From positions 1 to 49,239 of the forward strand of contig PLCF01000006.1 in NCBI GenBank assembly GCA_003135555.1: 49,239 nucleotides of DNA, in the 5' to 3' direction. This stretch comes from Vulcanimicrobiota bacterium. GTDB lineage: Bacteria; Vulcanimicrobiota; Vulcanimicrobiia; Vulcanimicrobiales; Vulcanimicrobiaceae. Positions 39,997 through 48,831 of the stretch are shown one piece after another. The position numbers and the translations under genes were made by a program. The notes beneath the pieces were generated by a model. The model was given only the letters and a program-made list of their open reading frames with translations. It was not told the origin of the DNA and did no database searches. Within the stretch, counting starts at the first letter, position 1, and the number at the start of each line of letters is the position of its first letter.

Positions 39997-40772
39997 GGCG
40001 AGTCTTGACCGCGGCGCTCGCCGCGTTGCTGCTGACCGCCGGCGCGCTGGCCGACGCGAGGGCGGGCACCACCACCGGCCGCTGGGCGCTTACCCTGCGC
40101 GGCGACGACGCGAACGCGGTCCAACTGCACCTGGAGTATGCGGAGCGCGTGGAGGGAGGCTGGTCGCGCTCGTCATGGTCCTCGCCCGTTCCGCTGGCCG
40201 ACGTGGGACTGGGCGCCGAGCGCCTGCGCGGTGCGGTCGCTCCGGTGACCTTTGCGCTCCGGCGCGAGGCCGGCACCTTCGCTTGCACCGGGAGCGCCGG
40301 CGACGGTTCGGGGGCCGGGCAATTCACCTACGCACCCGACGCGGCGTTCGACAACGCGCTCGCCGCGCGCGGGTTCGGCCGGCCGACCTATCCGCAGTCG
40401 CTGGAGTTGGCCGTGGCAGCGACGACCTTGGCCTTCGTCGACCAGATCCGCGGTTCGGCCCCGCACGCAACGGTCGCCGACCTGGTCGGCGCCGTGGAGC
40501 GCGGCGTCAACGCGCGCTACGTCGCGGAGCTCGCGGCGCTCGGCTACCGCGTCGGCTCGCTCGACGCGCTGGCGCGGCTGCGCGACCACGGCATCAGCGC
40601 AAATTACATCCGCGCGATCCAAGCCGACGGCTATCGCAACCTCTCGCCCGAGGATCTGATCGCGCTCGCCGACCACGGCGTGAGCGTCGCGTTCGTCGAC
40701 CGTCTCAAGGCCCACGGCTACACCAACCTCTCGGTCCGCGACCTGATCCGCCTGCGCGACGCCGGCATCTGA
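39993..40772 (+). CDS. Secreted protein with LxxLRDHGxSxxY/F repeats
   Basis: Signal peptide; FALRREAGTF; repeats LARLRDHGISANYI, LIALADHGVSVAFV; GTGA overlap with M56 gene. Confidence 0.85.
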   Translation: MRRVLTAALAALLLTAGALADARAGTTTGRWALTLRGDDANAVQLHLEYAERVEGGWSRSSWSSPVPLADVGLGAERLRGAVAPVTFALRREAGTFACTGSAGDGSGAGQFTYAPDAAFDNALAARGFGRPTYPQSLELAVAATTLAFVDQIRGSAPHATVADLVGAVERGVNARYVAELAALGYRVGSLDALARLRDHGISANYIRAIQADGYRNLSPEDLIALADHGVSVAFVDRLKAHGYTNLSVRDLIRLRDAGI

Positions 40773-40786
40773 TCCGCGATCGCCGG

Positions 40787-40819
40787 AAAAAAGAGACCGC
40801 CTCGTGCTGAGGCGGTCTC
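40787..40819 (-). terminator. Rho-independent terminator of the phasin-like gene (may also act on the + strand)
   Basis: 11-bp perfect stem GAGACCGCCTC/GAGGCGGTCTC, 5-nt loop, A6 tract on + strand (U6 on - strand). Confidence 0.9.
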
Positions 40820-40845
40820 GTGACGCGGAACGGACGGGTTCGGCG

Positions 40846-41169
40846 TTACTTGGTGCTGGGCGCGGCGGTCGCGACGACGCGCTCGGCGACCTTCGCGACA
40901 TTCTGCTGGGTCGCGGTGAAGATCCCCGCGAGCTGCGAGGCGTAGGCACTCTGCTGCTCGAGGAAGCTGCGCGCGAACGCGGCGTTGAGCTCGGCGAGCT
41001 CGGCGAAGGTGGGGAGGTTCGCGAACGCCGCCTCGGGCCGCAACGCCGGGACGTCGGTGACGATCTGGCCGATCGTGCTCAGCGCGGCAAGCTGGGTCGC
41101 TTGGACCTGCTTGAGGGCGTCGAGGCTTTGCGATTGGAGGTTGCTCAGGGATTCGATGTAGGTCGACAT
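40846..41169 (-). CDS. Phasin-like granule-associated protein (putative)
   Basis: 107-aa Ala/Gln-rich amphipathic helical protein in a phaB/phaZ locus, with strong promoter and terminator. Confidence 0.65.
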   Translation of the reverse strand: MSTYIESLSNLQSQSLDALKQVQATQLAALSTIGQIVTDVPALRPEAAFANLPTFAELAELNAAFARSFLEQQSAYASQLAGIFTATQQNVAKVAERVVATAAPSTK

Positions 41170-41175
41170 GTGCTA

Positions 41176-41205
41176 ACTATATCAAGCAGCTGCTAGATTT
41201 GTCAA
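41176..41205 (-). promoter_or_regulatory. Near-consensus sigma70 promoter giving a leaderless mRNA, with palindromic operator candidate
   Basis: TTGACA-N18-TATAGT (TG extended), 6 nt before ATG, no RBS; AGCAGCTGCT palindrome at 41185-41194 in the spacer. Confidence 0.8.
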
Positions 41206-41216
41206 ATGCTTTGGCG

Positions 41217-41594
41217 TCAGCCCGAATGCTCCACGAAGCCCCGGTAGATGCGAGCGAGCGTCTCCTTCTGGTCGGCCGTGAGGCGGGCGTCGCGGCGGAT
41301 CGCGTCCTCGACGCCGTCGAGGCTGCGCCCCCCAGCCTTCCCCGCCCCGGCGTCGTCGAGCAGGCCGGCTTGGGCGTACATCGTCTCGGCCGAGATCCGC
41401 AGCGCCGATGCGATGTTCTTGAGGACGTCCGCCGAGGGCTTGTGCAGTCCGCGCTCGATCTGGCTGAGGTAGGGGTTGGAGACTTTCGCGATATCGGCGA
41501 GCTGGCGCAACGACAAGTTGGCGAGCTCCCGTTGGGTGCGGATGAACTCGCCGACGCCCCCCAGGAGTCCGTCGCTGTCGGAGGTTTTCGACAC
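41217..41594 (-). CDS. XRE-family transcriptional regulator (Rv0474-like)
   Basis: GEFIRTQRELANLSLRQLADIAKVSNPYLSQIERGLHKPSADVL...VEDAIRRDARLTADQK. Confidence 0.9.
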   Translation of the reverse strand: MSKTSDSDGLLGGVGEFIRTQRELANLSLRQLADIAKVSNPYLSQIERGLHKPSADVLKNIASALRISAETMYAQAGLLDDAGAGKAGGRSLDGVEDAIRRDARLTADQKETLARIYRGFVEHSG

Positions 41595-41596
41595 GG

Positions 41597-42337
41597 CTAC
41601 ATGTCCAGGCCGCCGTTGATCGTATAAACGGCGCCGGTGATGTAGCTGGACTCGTCTTCGAGGAGAAACTGCACGACGCGCGCGACCTCGTCGGGGCGCC
41701 CCAAGCGGCGCTGCGGAATCTTCTCCACCACCGCGTCGAGCACGTTCTGCGGCATCTTCGCGACCATCTCGGTTCCGATGAAGCCCGGCGCGACGACGTT
41801 CACGGTAATCCCGCGGCGCGCCATCTCGAGCGCCAAGCTCTTGGTGAGGCCGAACAGCCCCGCTTTCGAAGCGGCGTAGTTCGCTTGCCCGACGTTGCCG
41901 GTCTCGCCGATCACCGAACTGATGTTGACGATCCGGCCCGAACCGCGCTCGATCATGTGCTCGAGCACCGCTTTGGTCATGCAGAATGCGCCGAACAGGT
42001 TGACGTCGAGCACGTTGCGCCAATCGTCGACGGTCATCTTGCGCACCGTCTTGTCGACGGTGATGCCGGCGTTGTTTACCAGGAAGTCGATGCGGCCGAA
42101 ACGGGCCAGCACTTCGGCGACGACGCGCTGGCAATCCTCAGGCTTATCGACGCGCCCTTGGTGCACCGACACCTGACCGCCATCGGCCGCGAGGGTGCGC
42201 ACGAGGTCGTCGGCTGCTTCCTTGCCTTTGCTGTAACCGGCGGCGACGCGCGCGCCGTTCTTGGCGAGCATCGTCGTGATCGCCGCACCGATTCCGCGGG
42301 TCCCACCGGTGATCAATCCCACGTGACCGTCGAACAC
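41597..42337 (-). CDS. phaB: Acetoacetyl-CoA reductase (SDR; PhaB/FabG-like)
   Basis: TGGTRGIG, NNAGITVDKTVRKM, GQANYAASK; AGGAGG RBS; adjacent to phaZ. Confidence 0.8.
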   Translation of the reverse strand: MFDGHVGLITGGTRGIGAAITTMLAKNGARVAAGYSKGKEAADDLVRTLAADGGQVSVHQGRVDKPEDCQRVVAEVLARFGRIDFLVNNAGITVDKTVRKMTVDDWRNVLDVNLFGAFCMTKAVLEHMIERGSGRIVNISSVIGETGNVGQANYAASKAGLFGLTKSLALEMARRGITVNVVAPGFIGTEMVAKMPQNVLDAVVEKIPQRRLGRPDEVARVVQFLLEDESSYITGAVYTINGGLDM

Positions 42338-42480
42338 TCGTCAACCTCCTCGCTAGAGGCCGATATGCCGGGGACGGCGGCGTTCCCCTTCCAACCGATA
42401 CCATGACCGAGGGCTTTTCCCGTAGCCGGCGGAACCTCGCACGCAATGGGCGGGTACAACCCCCGCCGGAGGCCTCAACA

Positions 42481-43668
42481 ATCTACTACGAACAGTACGA
42501 CGCGGCGTATCTCGCGATGACCCCCGCGCGCTGGTCCGCTGCGGCCACACGAGCGCTTTTCGGCAACCCGTTCAATCCTTTTTCCTACACGGTCGGCGGC
42601 CGCATCGCGAACGCCTCGGCCGACCTCTTCACCGGGGCCGCGCAACGCCGCGGCAAACCGGCGTGGAATCTGCCGGCGACGATCCGGAGCGTCGACCTGC
42701 GGCCCTTCGGGCAACTGATCCGTTTCGACACGGGCACCGCGCGCGAACGCGCACGCGTGCTGCTGGTCGCACCGATGTCCGGACACTACGCGACGCTGCT
42801 GCGCGGTACGGTCGAAGCCCTCATCGCCGACCACGACGTGTACGTCACCGATTGGGCGGACGCCCGTGACGTGCCGGCCGGCGCGGGCCGCTTCGACCTG
42901 CACGACTACATCGCGTACGTCAAGGACTACATCGCCCTGCTCGGACCCGACGTGCACGTCATCGCCGTGTGTCAGCCGGCGCCCGCGGTCCTCGCCGCGG
43001 TGGCCCTGTTGGCCGCCGGCGGCGCTGCCGCGCAGCCGCGTTCGATGACGCTCATGGGCGGGCCGGTCGACGTTCGCGTCGCACCGACCGCACCGACCGC
43101 GCTGGCCGCGGAGCACACCTTGGAGTGGTTCGAGCGCGAGCTGACGATGCGCGTCCCGCAGTGGTATCGCGGCGCAGGCCGCCTCGTCTACCCGGGCTTT
43201 TTGCAGATCGGCGCGTTCATGTCGATGAACCCGCAGCGTCACGTCGAGGCGCACTGGAAGATCTTCGAAGACCTGGTGCGCGGCGACGAGGAGTCGGCGC
43301 AGCAGCGGCGCGCATTCTACGACGAGTACCTCAGCGTCATGGACATCACCGCCGAGTTCTACTTGCAGACGGTGGACGAAGTGTTCCAGCGGGCCACTTT
43401 GGCCGCCGGTACGATGACGTGGCGCGGGCAGCGCGTCGATCCGGGCGCGATCCGCACGACCGCGCTGCTGACCGTCGAAGGCGAGCTCGACGACATCTCG
43501 GCCCCGGGCCAGACCCTCGCCGCTCACGCGCTCTGCACCGGGATCCCCGCGGCGCGGCGCGAGAACTTCCTGCAGCGCGGCGTGGGGCACTACGGGATCT
43601 TCAGCGGGCGCACGTGGCGCGAAACGATCGCGCCGCGGATCGCCGCGTTCATCGCCGCTCACGCCTGA
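42481..43668 (+). CDS. phaZ: Intracellular polyhydroxyalkanoate depolymerase
   Basis: VAPMSGHYATLLRGTV, DVYVTDW, AVCQP, YPGFLQ, FYDEY, EGELDDIS, GVGHYGIF; likely start is ATC 42481 after GGAGG (ATG 42403 is the alternative). Confidence 0.92.
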   Translation: MYYEQYDAAYLAMTPARWSAAATRALFGNPFNPFSYTVGGRIANASADLFTGAAQRRGKPAWNLPATIRSVDLRPFGQLIRFDTGTARERARVLLVAPMSGHYATLLRGTVEALIADHDVYVTDWADARDVPAGAGRFDLHDYIAYVKDYIALLGPDVHVIAVCQPAPAVLAAVALLAAGGAAAQPRSMTLMGGPVDVRVAPTAPTALAAEHTLEWFERELTMRVPQWYRGAGRLVYPGFLQIGAFMSMNPQRHVEAHWKIFEDLVRGDEESAQQRRAFYDEYLSVMDITAEFYLQTVDEVFQRATLAAGTMTWRGQRVDPGAIRTTALLTVEGELDDISAPGQTLAAHALCTGIPAARRENFLQRGVGHYGIFSGRTWRETIAPRIAAFIAAHA

Positions 43669-43682
43669 CGGGCGGCGCCGCG

Positions 43683-44444
43683 TCAGCCGCGCTGCGCGAC
43701 CTTACGCCAATACACGGCGGTCCAGTCGACCGGCTGCAAGATCTCGTCGAGTCGATGGCGCGCGCGATAGTCGTCGACCGCCCGTGCGCAGCCGGGTACG
43801 GCGCCGTAGTCGTCGACGATGCAATAGCCGCCCGGGCTCAGCTTGGGATAGAGCGACTCGAGCGCGACCATCGTCGACTCGTACATGTCGCCGTCCAAGC
43901 GTAAGACGGCGATCTGCGCGACCGGCAGCTCGGGCAACGTATCCCGGAACCAACCTTTGACGAAACGCACTTGCTCATCGAGCAGGTCGTATCGTCCGAA
44001 GTTTCGCCGTACTTCTTCAAGCGAGACCGCGAGGTCGGAGAACGTGTGATGCGTGTCGCCGGCATCGAGCGGATAGCGGTCGGGGTCGGGGGGCGGCAAG
44101 CCCTCGAACGAGTCGGCCACCCAAACGCTGCGGTCGCGAACGCCATAGGCGCGCAACACGGCCCGCATCACAATCGTGGCTCCGCCGCGCCACACGCCGG
44201 TCTCCACGAGGTCGCCCGGAACGCCGCGCTCGAGCACCGACCGCACGCAGGCAGCGACGTTGGCCAAGCGTTGCGGACCGATCATGCTGTGCGCGCGAAC
44301 CGGCCAATTGCCGCCTCGCCGCGTTCCGGATAGCTGGTTCTCGCGATCGTCGTAGACGACGTCGAGCACCGAGCGCATGACCAGGTCGATGTACAACTCG
44401 GCGGCGGTCCGCGGCGCCGGCGCGGCTCCTTCTGAAGCTTTCAT
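43683..44444 (-). CDS. Second TylF/MycF/NovP-family O-methyltransferase
   Basis: GDLVETGVWRGG, DSFEGLP, KGWFRDTLP, LRLDGDMYEST. Confidence 0.93.
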   Translation of the reverse strand: MKASEGAAPAPRTAAELYIDLVMRSVLDVVYDDRENQLSGTRRGGNWPVRAHSMIGPQRLANVAACVRSVLERGVPGDLVETGVWRGGATIVMRAVLRAYGVRDRSVWVADSFEGLPPPDPDRYPLDAGDTHHTFSDLAVSLEEVRRNFGRYDLLDEQVRFVKGWFRDTLPELPVAQIAVLRLDGDMYESTMVALESLYPKLSPGGYCIVDDYGAVPGCARAVDDYRARHRLDEILQPVDWTAVYWRKVAQRG

Positions 44445-44497
44445 GAGAAAGCGCGCTCTCGACAAGGGCGGCGCCGGCGTCTTCGGAAGGCGCAGCG

Positions 44498-45340
44498 ATG
44501 CGGGTTTGTTTCATTCATGTTGGCACACATAAAACGGGGACAACTTCCGTGCAGGCGCTGTTGGCGATGAATGCGCCGGCGTTGGCGGCGGCAGGCGTGC
44601 ACGTTCCGAAAACCGGGCGCCCACTGCGACTCTTGCGCGATTCGAATGCCGGCCATCACAATCTTGCCTGGGAGTTGAATCGCGATCCCCGTTTCGACCC
44701 CGCCGCGGGCACGCTCCAGGCGTTGCTCGCGGAACTGGACGCGTACAAGCAGCCGCTCGCGGTGCTGAGCTCGGAAGACTTCGAATACCTCCACTGCAGG
44801 CCCGACGCGCTCGAGCGCCTGCACGAGGCCCTGCTCGGCATCGGATACACTCCCCAGATCATCAGCTATTTTCGTCCCCGCGCCGAGTATGCCCGATCCC
44901 TGTACGTGGAGCTGCGCAAGCACGGTCTGGCCGCGACCTGGAACGACTACGTGCAGACCATTCTGCGCGACGGCGAATTCCGGCACGGCGCTTGGGTGTT
45001 CCAATTCCGCTACGGCCGGCTGCTCCGTGCCTTCGCAGAGCAGTTCGGGTCGCACAACGTTTTTGCGCGTGCGTATCGTCGCGCCGCGGATCCAACCGAT
45101 CTCCTGTTCGACTTCATGCGGATCGTCGCGGACGCGGGAGCTGCGATTGCCCCGGCGGAGCTGCGCCTGCCGGGGCGGCTCAACCAAACCGTCGATGCCG
45201 AAAGCGTCACCGGCGACGACGACGCGCGCCTGACGAGCGGGTTCAGCGACGACGACGACGTCCTGGCGCGACGGTTCGATGTCGATCTCAACCGTGCCTA
45301 CGCGCGCCGCCCCCGCCGCGTCTTTGGAGCGGTGGGCTAG
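44498..45340 (+). CDS. Sulfotransferase-like P-loop protein
   Basis: [18 protein letters not shown]-loop-like motif, LSSEDF, YFRP...S. Confidence 0.7.
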   Translation: MRVCFIHVGTHKTGTTSVQALLAMNAPALAAAGVHVPKTGRPLRLLRDSNAGHHNLAWELNRDPRFDPAAGTLQALLAELDAYKQPLAVLSSEDFEYLHCRPDALERLHEALLGIGYTPQIISYFRPRAEYARSLYVELRKHGLAATWNDYVQTILRDGEFRHGAWVFQFRYGRLLRAFAEQFGSHNVFARAYRRAADPTDLLFDFMRIVADAGAAIAPAELRLPGRLNQTVDAESVTGDDDARLTSGFSDDDDVLARRFDVDLNRAYARRPRRVFGAVG

Positions 45341-45633
45341 CCCCCGGCCATCGCGCCGACGATCAAATACGGCTCGGCGCCCGCGGCAACCGCGTCGGGA
45401 AGCGGGTCGTCGGGGCGCTCGTGCGACAGATCCTGCCCGCAAGCGAAGAACCGCACGAACGGCCGGCGGCGCAGCGTGACCTGGTCGCGGATCGTGCCAC
45501 GTAGCATCGGATAGCTCGCCTCGACCGCATCGAGCACCGAGCGCTGCGTCGGCGGGCCCGCGACCTCGAGCTCGACCTCCCCCGAGACGCGCGCCAGCGT
45601 CCGCAGATGCGCAGGAAACACGACCCGGATCAC
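45337..45633 (-). CDS. MoaD/ThiS-family ubiquitin-like protein
   Basis: IRVVFPAHL...RRPFVRFF...C-terminal AMAGG. Confidence 0.9.
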   Translation of the reverse strand: MIRVVFPAHLRTLARVSGEVELEVAGPPTQRSVLDAVEASYPMLRGTIRDQVTLRRRPFVRFFACGQDLSHERPDDPLPDAVAAGAEPYLIVGAMAGG

Positions 45634-45649
45634 CACGATGGTGACTCCG

Positions 45650-46765
45650 TCACGGCAACGTTTGGACTTCGACCGACAACACGCCGGGGAGATCGCGAAC
45701 GATCGGCTTCCAGCTATCGCCGGAGTCGGCCGACGCGTACACTTGTCCGCCCGTCGTGCCGAAGTAGATGCCGCACGAATCGAGCGTGTCGACGGCCATC
45801 GCATCGCGCAGCACGTTAACGTAACAGTCGCGTTGCGGCAGGCCGTTGGTGAGCGCTTCCCACTCGTTGCCGCCGGTCCGGCTGCGGTACACCCGCAACT
45901 TCCCGTCGGGAACGTAGTGCTCGGAGTCGCTCTTGATCGGGACGACGTAGATCGTCTCGGGCTCGTGGGCGTGGACGTCGATCGGAAACCCGAAGTCGGT
46001 CGGCAGGTTACCGCTGACCTCGCGCCACGACTCGCCGGCGTCGTCGCTGCGCATGACGTCCCAGTGCTTCTGCATGAACAGCACGTCGGGACGCGACGGA
46101 TGCCTCGCGATGCGGTGCACGCAATGCCCGACCTCCGCGTTGGGGTCGGGGATTTGCTCGGACCGCAGGCCGCGGTTGACCGGCCGCCACGTCGCGCCCG
46201 CGTCGTCGGAGCGGAACGCTCCCGCCGCGGAGATGGCGATGAAGATGCGCTCGGGGTTGGCGGGGTCGAGCAGGATCGTGTGCAGGCACATCCCGCCCGC
46301 CCCGGGCTGCCAGGAAGGGCCCGTGGGATGCTCGCGGAGGCCGGGGAGCTCGTTCCAGGTGTGGCCGCCGTCGGTGGTCCGAAACAGCGCGGCGTCTTCG
46401 ACGCCCGCATACACCGTGTCGGGATCGGTCAGCGACGGTTCGAGATGCCAGACGCGCTTGAACTCCCAAGGACGCTGCGTCCCGTCGTACCACTGGTGCG
46501 TGCCGGGGGTTCCGTCATACGTGAACGCGTTGCCCACCGGCGACCATGTCGCGCCGCCGTCGTCGGAGCGCTGGATCATCTGCCCGAACCAGCCGCTGGA
46601 CTGCGAGGCGTAGAGCCGGTCGCGGTCGACCGGCGAGCCCTTGAGGTGGTAGATCTCCCAGCCCGCGAAGTGCGGACCGTCGATCGCCCAGCGTTCGCGC
46701 TTTTCGTCCGACGTCATGACGAATGCGCCCTTGCGCGTACCGACTAGTACCCGGACCCCACTCAT
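45650..46765 (-). CDS. BNR/Asp-box repeat beta-propeller protein (sialidase-like)
   Basis: [10 protein letters not shown]; repeated SxDxGxTW boxes; no signal peptide. Confidence 0.9.
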   Translation of the reverse strand: MSGVRVLVGTRKGAFVMTSDEKRERWAIDGPHFAGWEIYHLKGSPVDRDRLYASQSSGWFGQMIQRSDDGGATWSPVGNAFTYDGTPGTHQWYDGTQRPWEFKRVWHLEPSLTDPDTVYAGVEDAALFRTTDGGHTWNELPGLREHPTGPSWQPGAGGMCLHTILLDPANPERIFIAISAAGAFRSDDAGATWRPVNRGLRSEQIPDPNAEVGHCVHRIARHPSRPDVLFMQKHWDVMRSDDAGESWREVSGNLPTDFGFPIDVHAHEPETIYVVPIKSDSEHYVPDGKLRVYRSRTGGNEWEALTNGLPQRDCYVNVLRDAMAVDTLDSCGIYFGTTGGQVYASADSGDSWKPIVRDLPGVLSVEVQTLP

Positions 46766-46929
46766 CGGCTACCCCTTTCGAGCTCGCGCGCCGGCCGGCG
46801 CACCATCCGACCCGCGGTTACGACGCGCGGCACGGCGATCCCCGGGGACGCTGCAGTGCGCGGCATCCGAGCTGATCTCCGACACGGCGGCCGGTCGCTG
46901 TCGAGCGAGCCGGCCGCCGTGCGCGGAGG

Positions 46930-48495
46930 TTACTTGCCGACGGCGATCCCGAAGATCGCGAACGCGCCGGTGCTGACCTTGTAGATCAGCGACGGCACGC
47001 TGCTCGCCGTGATCGGCGCGGTGTACACCGTGACGGTCGCGTCGCTGAGATTCCCGATGTACAGGTTCCCCGCCGGATCGAGCGCGAGACCTTCGGGGGT
47101 GTTCACGCCGGACTGGAGGTTGAACGCCGGAGTGCTCGCCGCCGTGATCGGCAGGTTGTACACGTCGACGCGTCCCGGCGCGTTCGCCACCGAGGCCGCG
47201 TACAAGCGGGTCGCGTTCACCGCGATCTTCCGATACGCGGTCGAGGCGCTCCCGAACGGGTAGTTGATCACGCTCGGCGTGATGACCGGCGCGCCGGTGT
47301 ACGGCGGCGCGTAGACGTACAGGTTGCTTCCGCAGCCGCCTCCCGGCGAGGAGGTGCCGGCACATGCCGCGGCGTTCCCGGTCCCGGCGTTCGAGATGTA
47401 GAGGTTCTGCGCGGCGTCGATCGCCGTGCCGATATCCGATACCATCCCGGCGTCGGTGACGAACGCCGCCGGCACGCTGGCATTGCTGAACGGGCTGTTG
47501 AACCGGTTCACCCGGTTCGAGACCGTCGCGGCCCAGAAGTCGCCGGTGTTCAGGAACGAGGCGTTGCCGTTATTGCTCGCCGCGCCGTTCTTGAACGCCG
47601 CAGCAGGCACGCTGGCACCGGAGAGCGGGGCGGTGAAGAACTGCAGGTTGCCCGCATTGTCGCCGACGGCGAGGTTGCCGTTGGCGTCGACGCCGACGGT
47701 GACGACGTTGTTCGAGACGATCGCGAAGTTCGACGTCGTGCTCGCGGTCAGCGGCAGGTTGAACTGCAGGACAGGACCTCCCGCGTTGTCGTTCCCGACG
47801 TAGAGGTGCAGCGGGATCGGGGTAGCGGTCGGGGTCGGGGTCGGCGACGGGGTGAAGAGCGTCAGCGTCGAGCTGGTCGTGAAGAGGACGAACGAGTACG
47901 TCCGGCCGGCGACGAGCGAGAACGTGAAGCCCGAGGTCGTCCATGAGATCGTGTTGCCGGTGACCGTCCCCGGTCCGGTGATCGTGTTCCATCCGGCTGC
48001 CGCGTTACTCGGATCGAACATCGCGATGTACGAGCTGCCGCCGCTGGGCGGGGTCACGCCGGTGGGGAAGGTCATCGTGAAGGCCGGGGTGTTGGGGCAG
48101 TTCACGGTGACGTCAGGCGTCACGGTATAGAAGCCGAAGGGCGTGAGCGCCGCTCCGCCGATGTTCTGGGGCCGGCGCTTCATCGAGGCCACTGCCGGGG
48201 TGCCGCCGGGCTGGGTCAACGAGAAGACGACGGTCAGATGCGAGATCGCGCTGGACACGGGGCAGCCGGCTGAGCCCATGTCGCCGGGGCCGATCGGGCC
48301 CAAGGTTAGCGAGCTCGACGCGGTGGTGCTCGTCGTGAGGGTACCCGTTGCGGTGGCCGGGTTCGGGGTCGGCGAGGGGGTGGGGCTCGGCGTAACGAGC
48401 GTCCCCGTGCCGATCGTCGGCGGCGCCGTTGAGCCGCCGTTACAGGCTGCTACCGCGGCGGCGAGGACGACTACGATCAGCGAACGACGGAACAT
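46930..48495 (-). CDS. Surface lipoprotein with PT linkers and NHL-like beta-propeller
   Basis: GGAGG RBS; lipobox AVAAC; PSPTP linkers; repeats of (A/G)xDxxGNLY(I/V). Confidence 0.82.
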   Translation of the reverse strand: MFRRSLIVVVLAAAVAACNGGSTAPPTIGTGTLVTPSPTPSPTPNPATATGTLTTSTTASSSLTLGPIGPGDMGSAGCPVSSAISHLTVVFSLTQPGGTPAVASMKRRPQNIGGAALTPFGFYTVTPDVTVNCPNTPAFTMTFPTGVTPPSGGSSYIAMFDPSNAAAGWNTITGPGTVTGNTISWTTSGFTFSLVAGRTYSFVLFTTSSTLTLFTPSPTPTPTATPIPLHLYVGNDNAGGPVLQFNLPLTASTTSNFAIVSNNVVTVGVDANGNLAVGDNAGNLQFFTAPLSGASVPAAAFKNGAASNNGNASFLNTGDFWAATVSNRVNRFNSPFSNASVPAAFVTDAGMVSDIGTAIDAAQNLYISNAGTGNAAACAGTSSPGGGCGSNLYVYAPPYTGAPVITPSVINYPFGSASTAYRKIAVNATRLYAASVANAPGRVDVYNLPITAASTPAFNLQSGVNTPEGLALDPAGNLYIGNLSDATVTVYTAPITASSVPSLIYKVSTGAFAIFGIAVGK

Positions 48496-48600
48496 ACGAG
48501 GCACCTCCAAAAGTACAGCACCAAACCTTCGCTCGTCCGGCAAAACTACCTTGCGCGCGCCCGTGCCGGAGCGCCGCGGGAACGCACCGCTCCAGCCACC

Positions 48601-48831
48601 TCCGGGGCGCTCAGCCTACGCATTCTTGCGTTCTTAGGAACCACTTCGCACGGTCACAGTCTCAAGAAGCCGCGCAAGTTCGTGTTTCCGATCGATCCGA
48701 AGGTGGAGCGCGCGCATCCGAAGCTGCCGCAGTACGCCTCGGGAGATCCGAGATCTCCAGCGCTGCAGCTCGTCATGAGCGTCGTCGCGAAGGAGTTCTT
48801 GTCGGACGAGCAGACTTCTGAACGTGATTGA
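48601..48831 (+). pseudogene. Possible C-terminal gene remnant (no clear start)
   Basis: Open frame ...LRILAFLG...LKKPRKFVFPIDPKVERAHPKLPQY...SERD*; its stop overlaps the next gene's TTG (TTGA). Confidence 0.35.
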
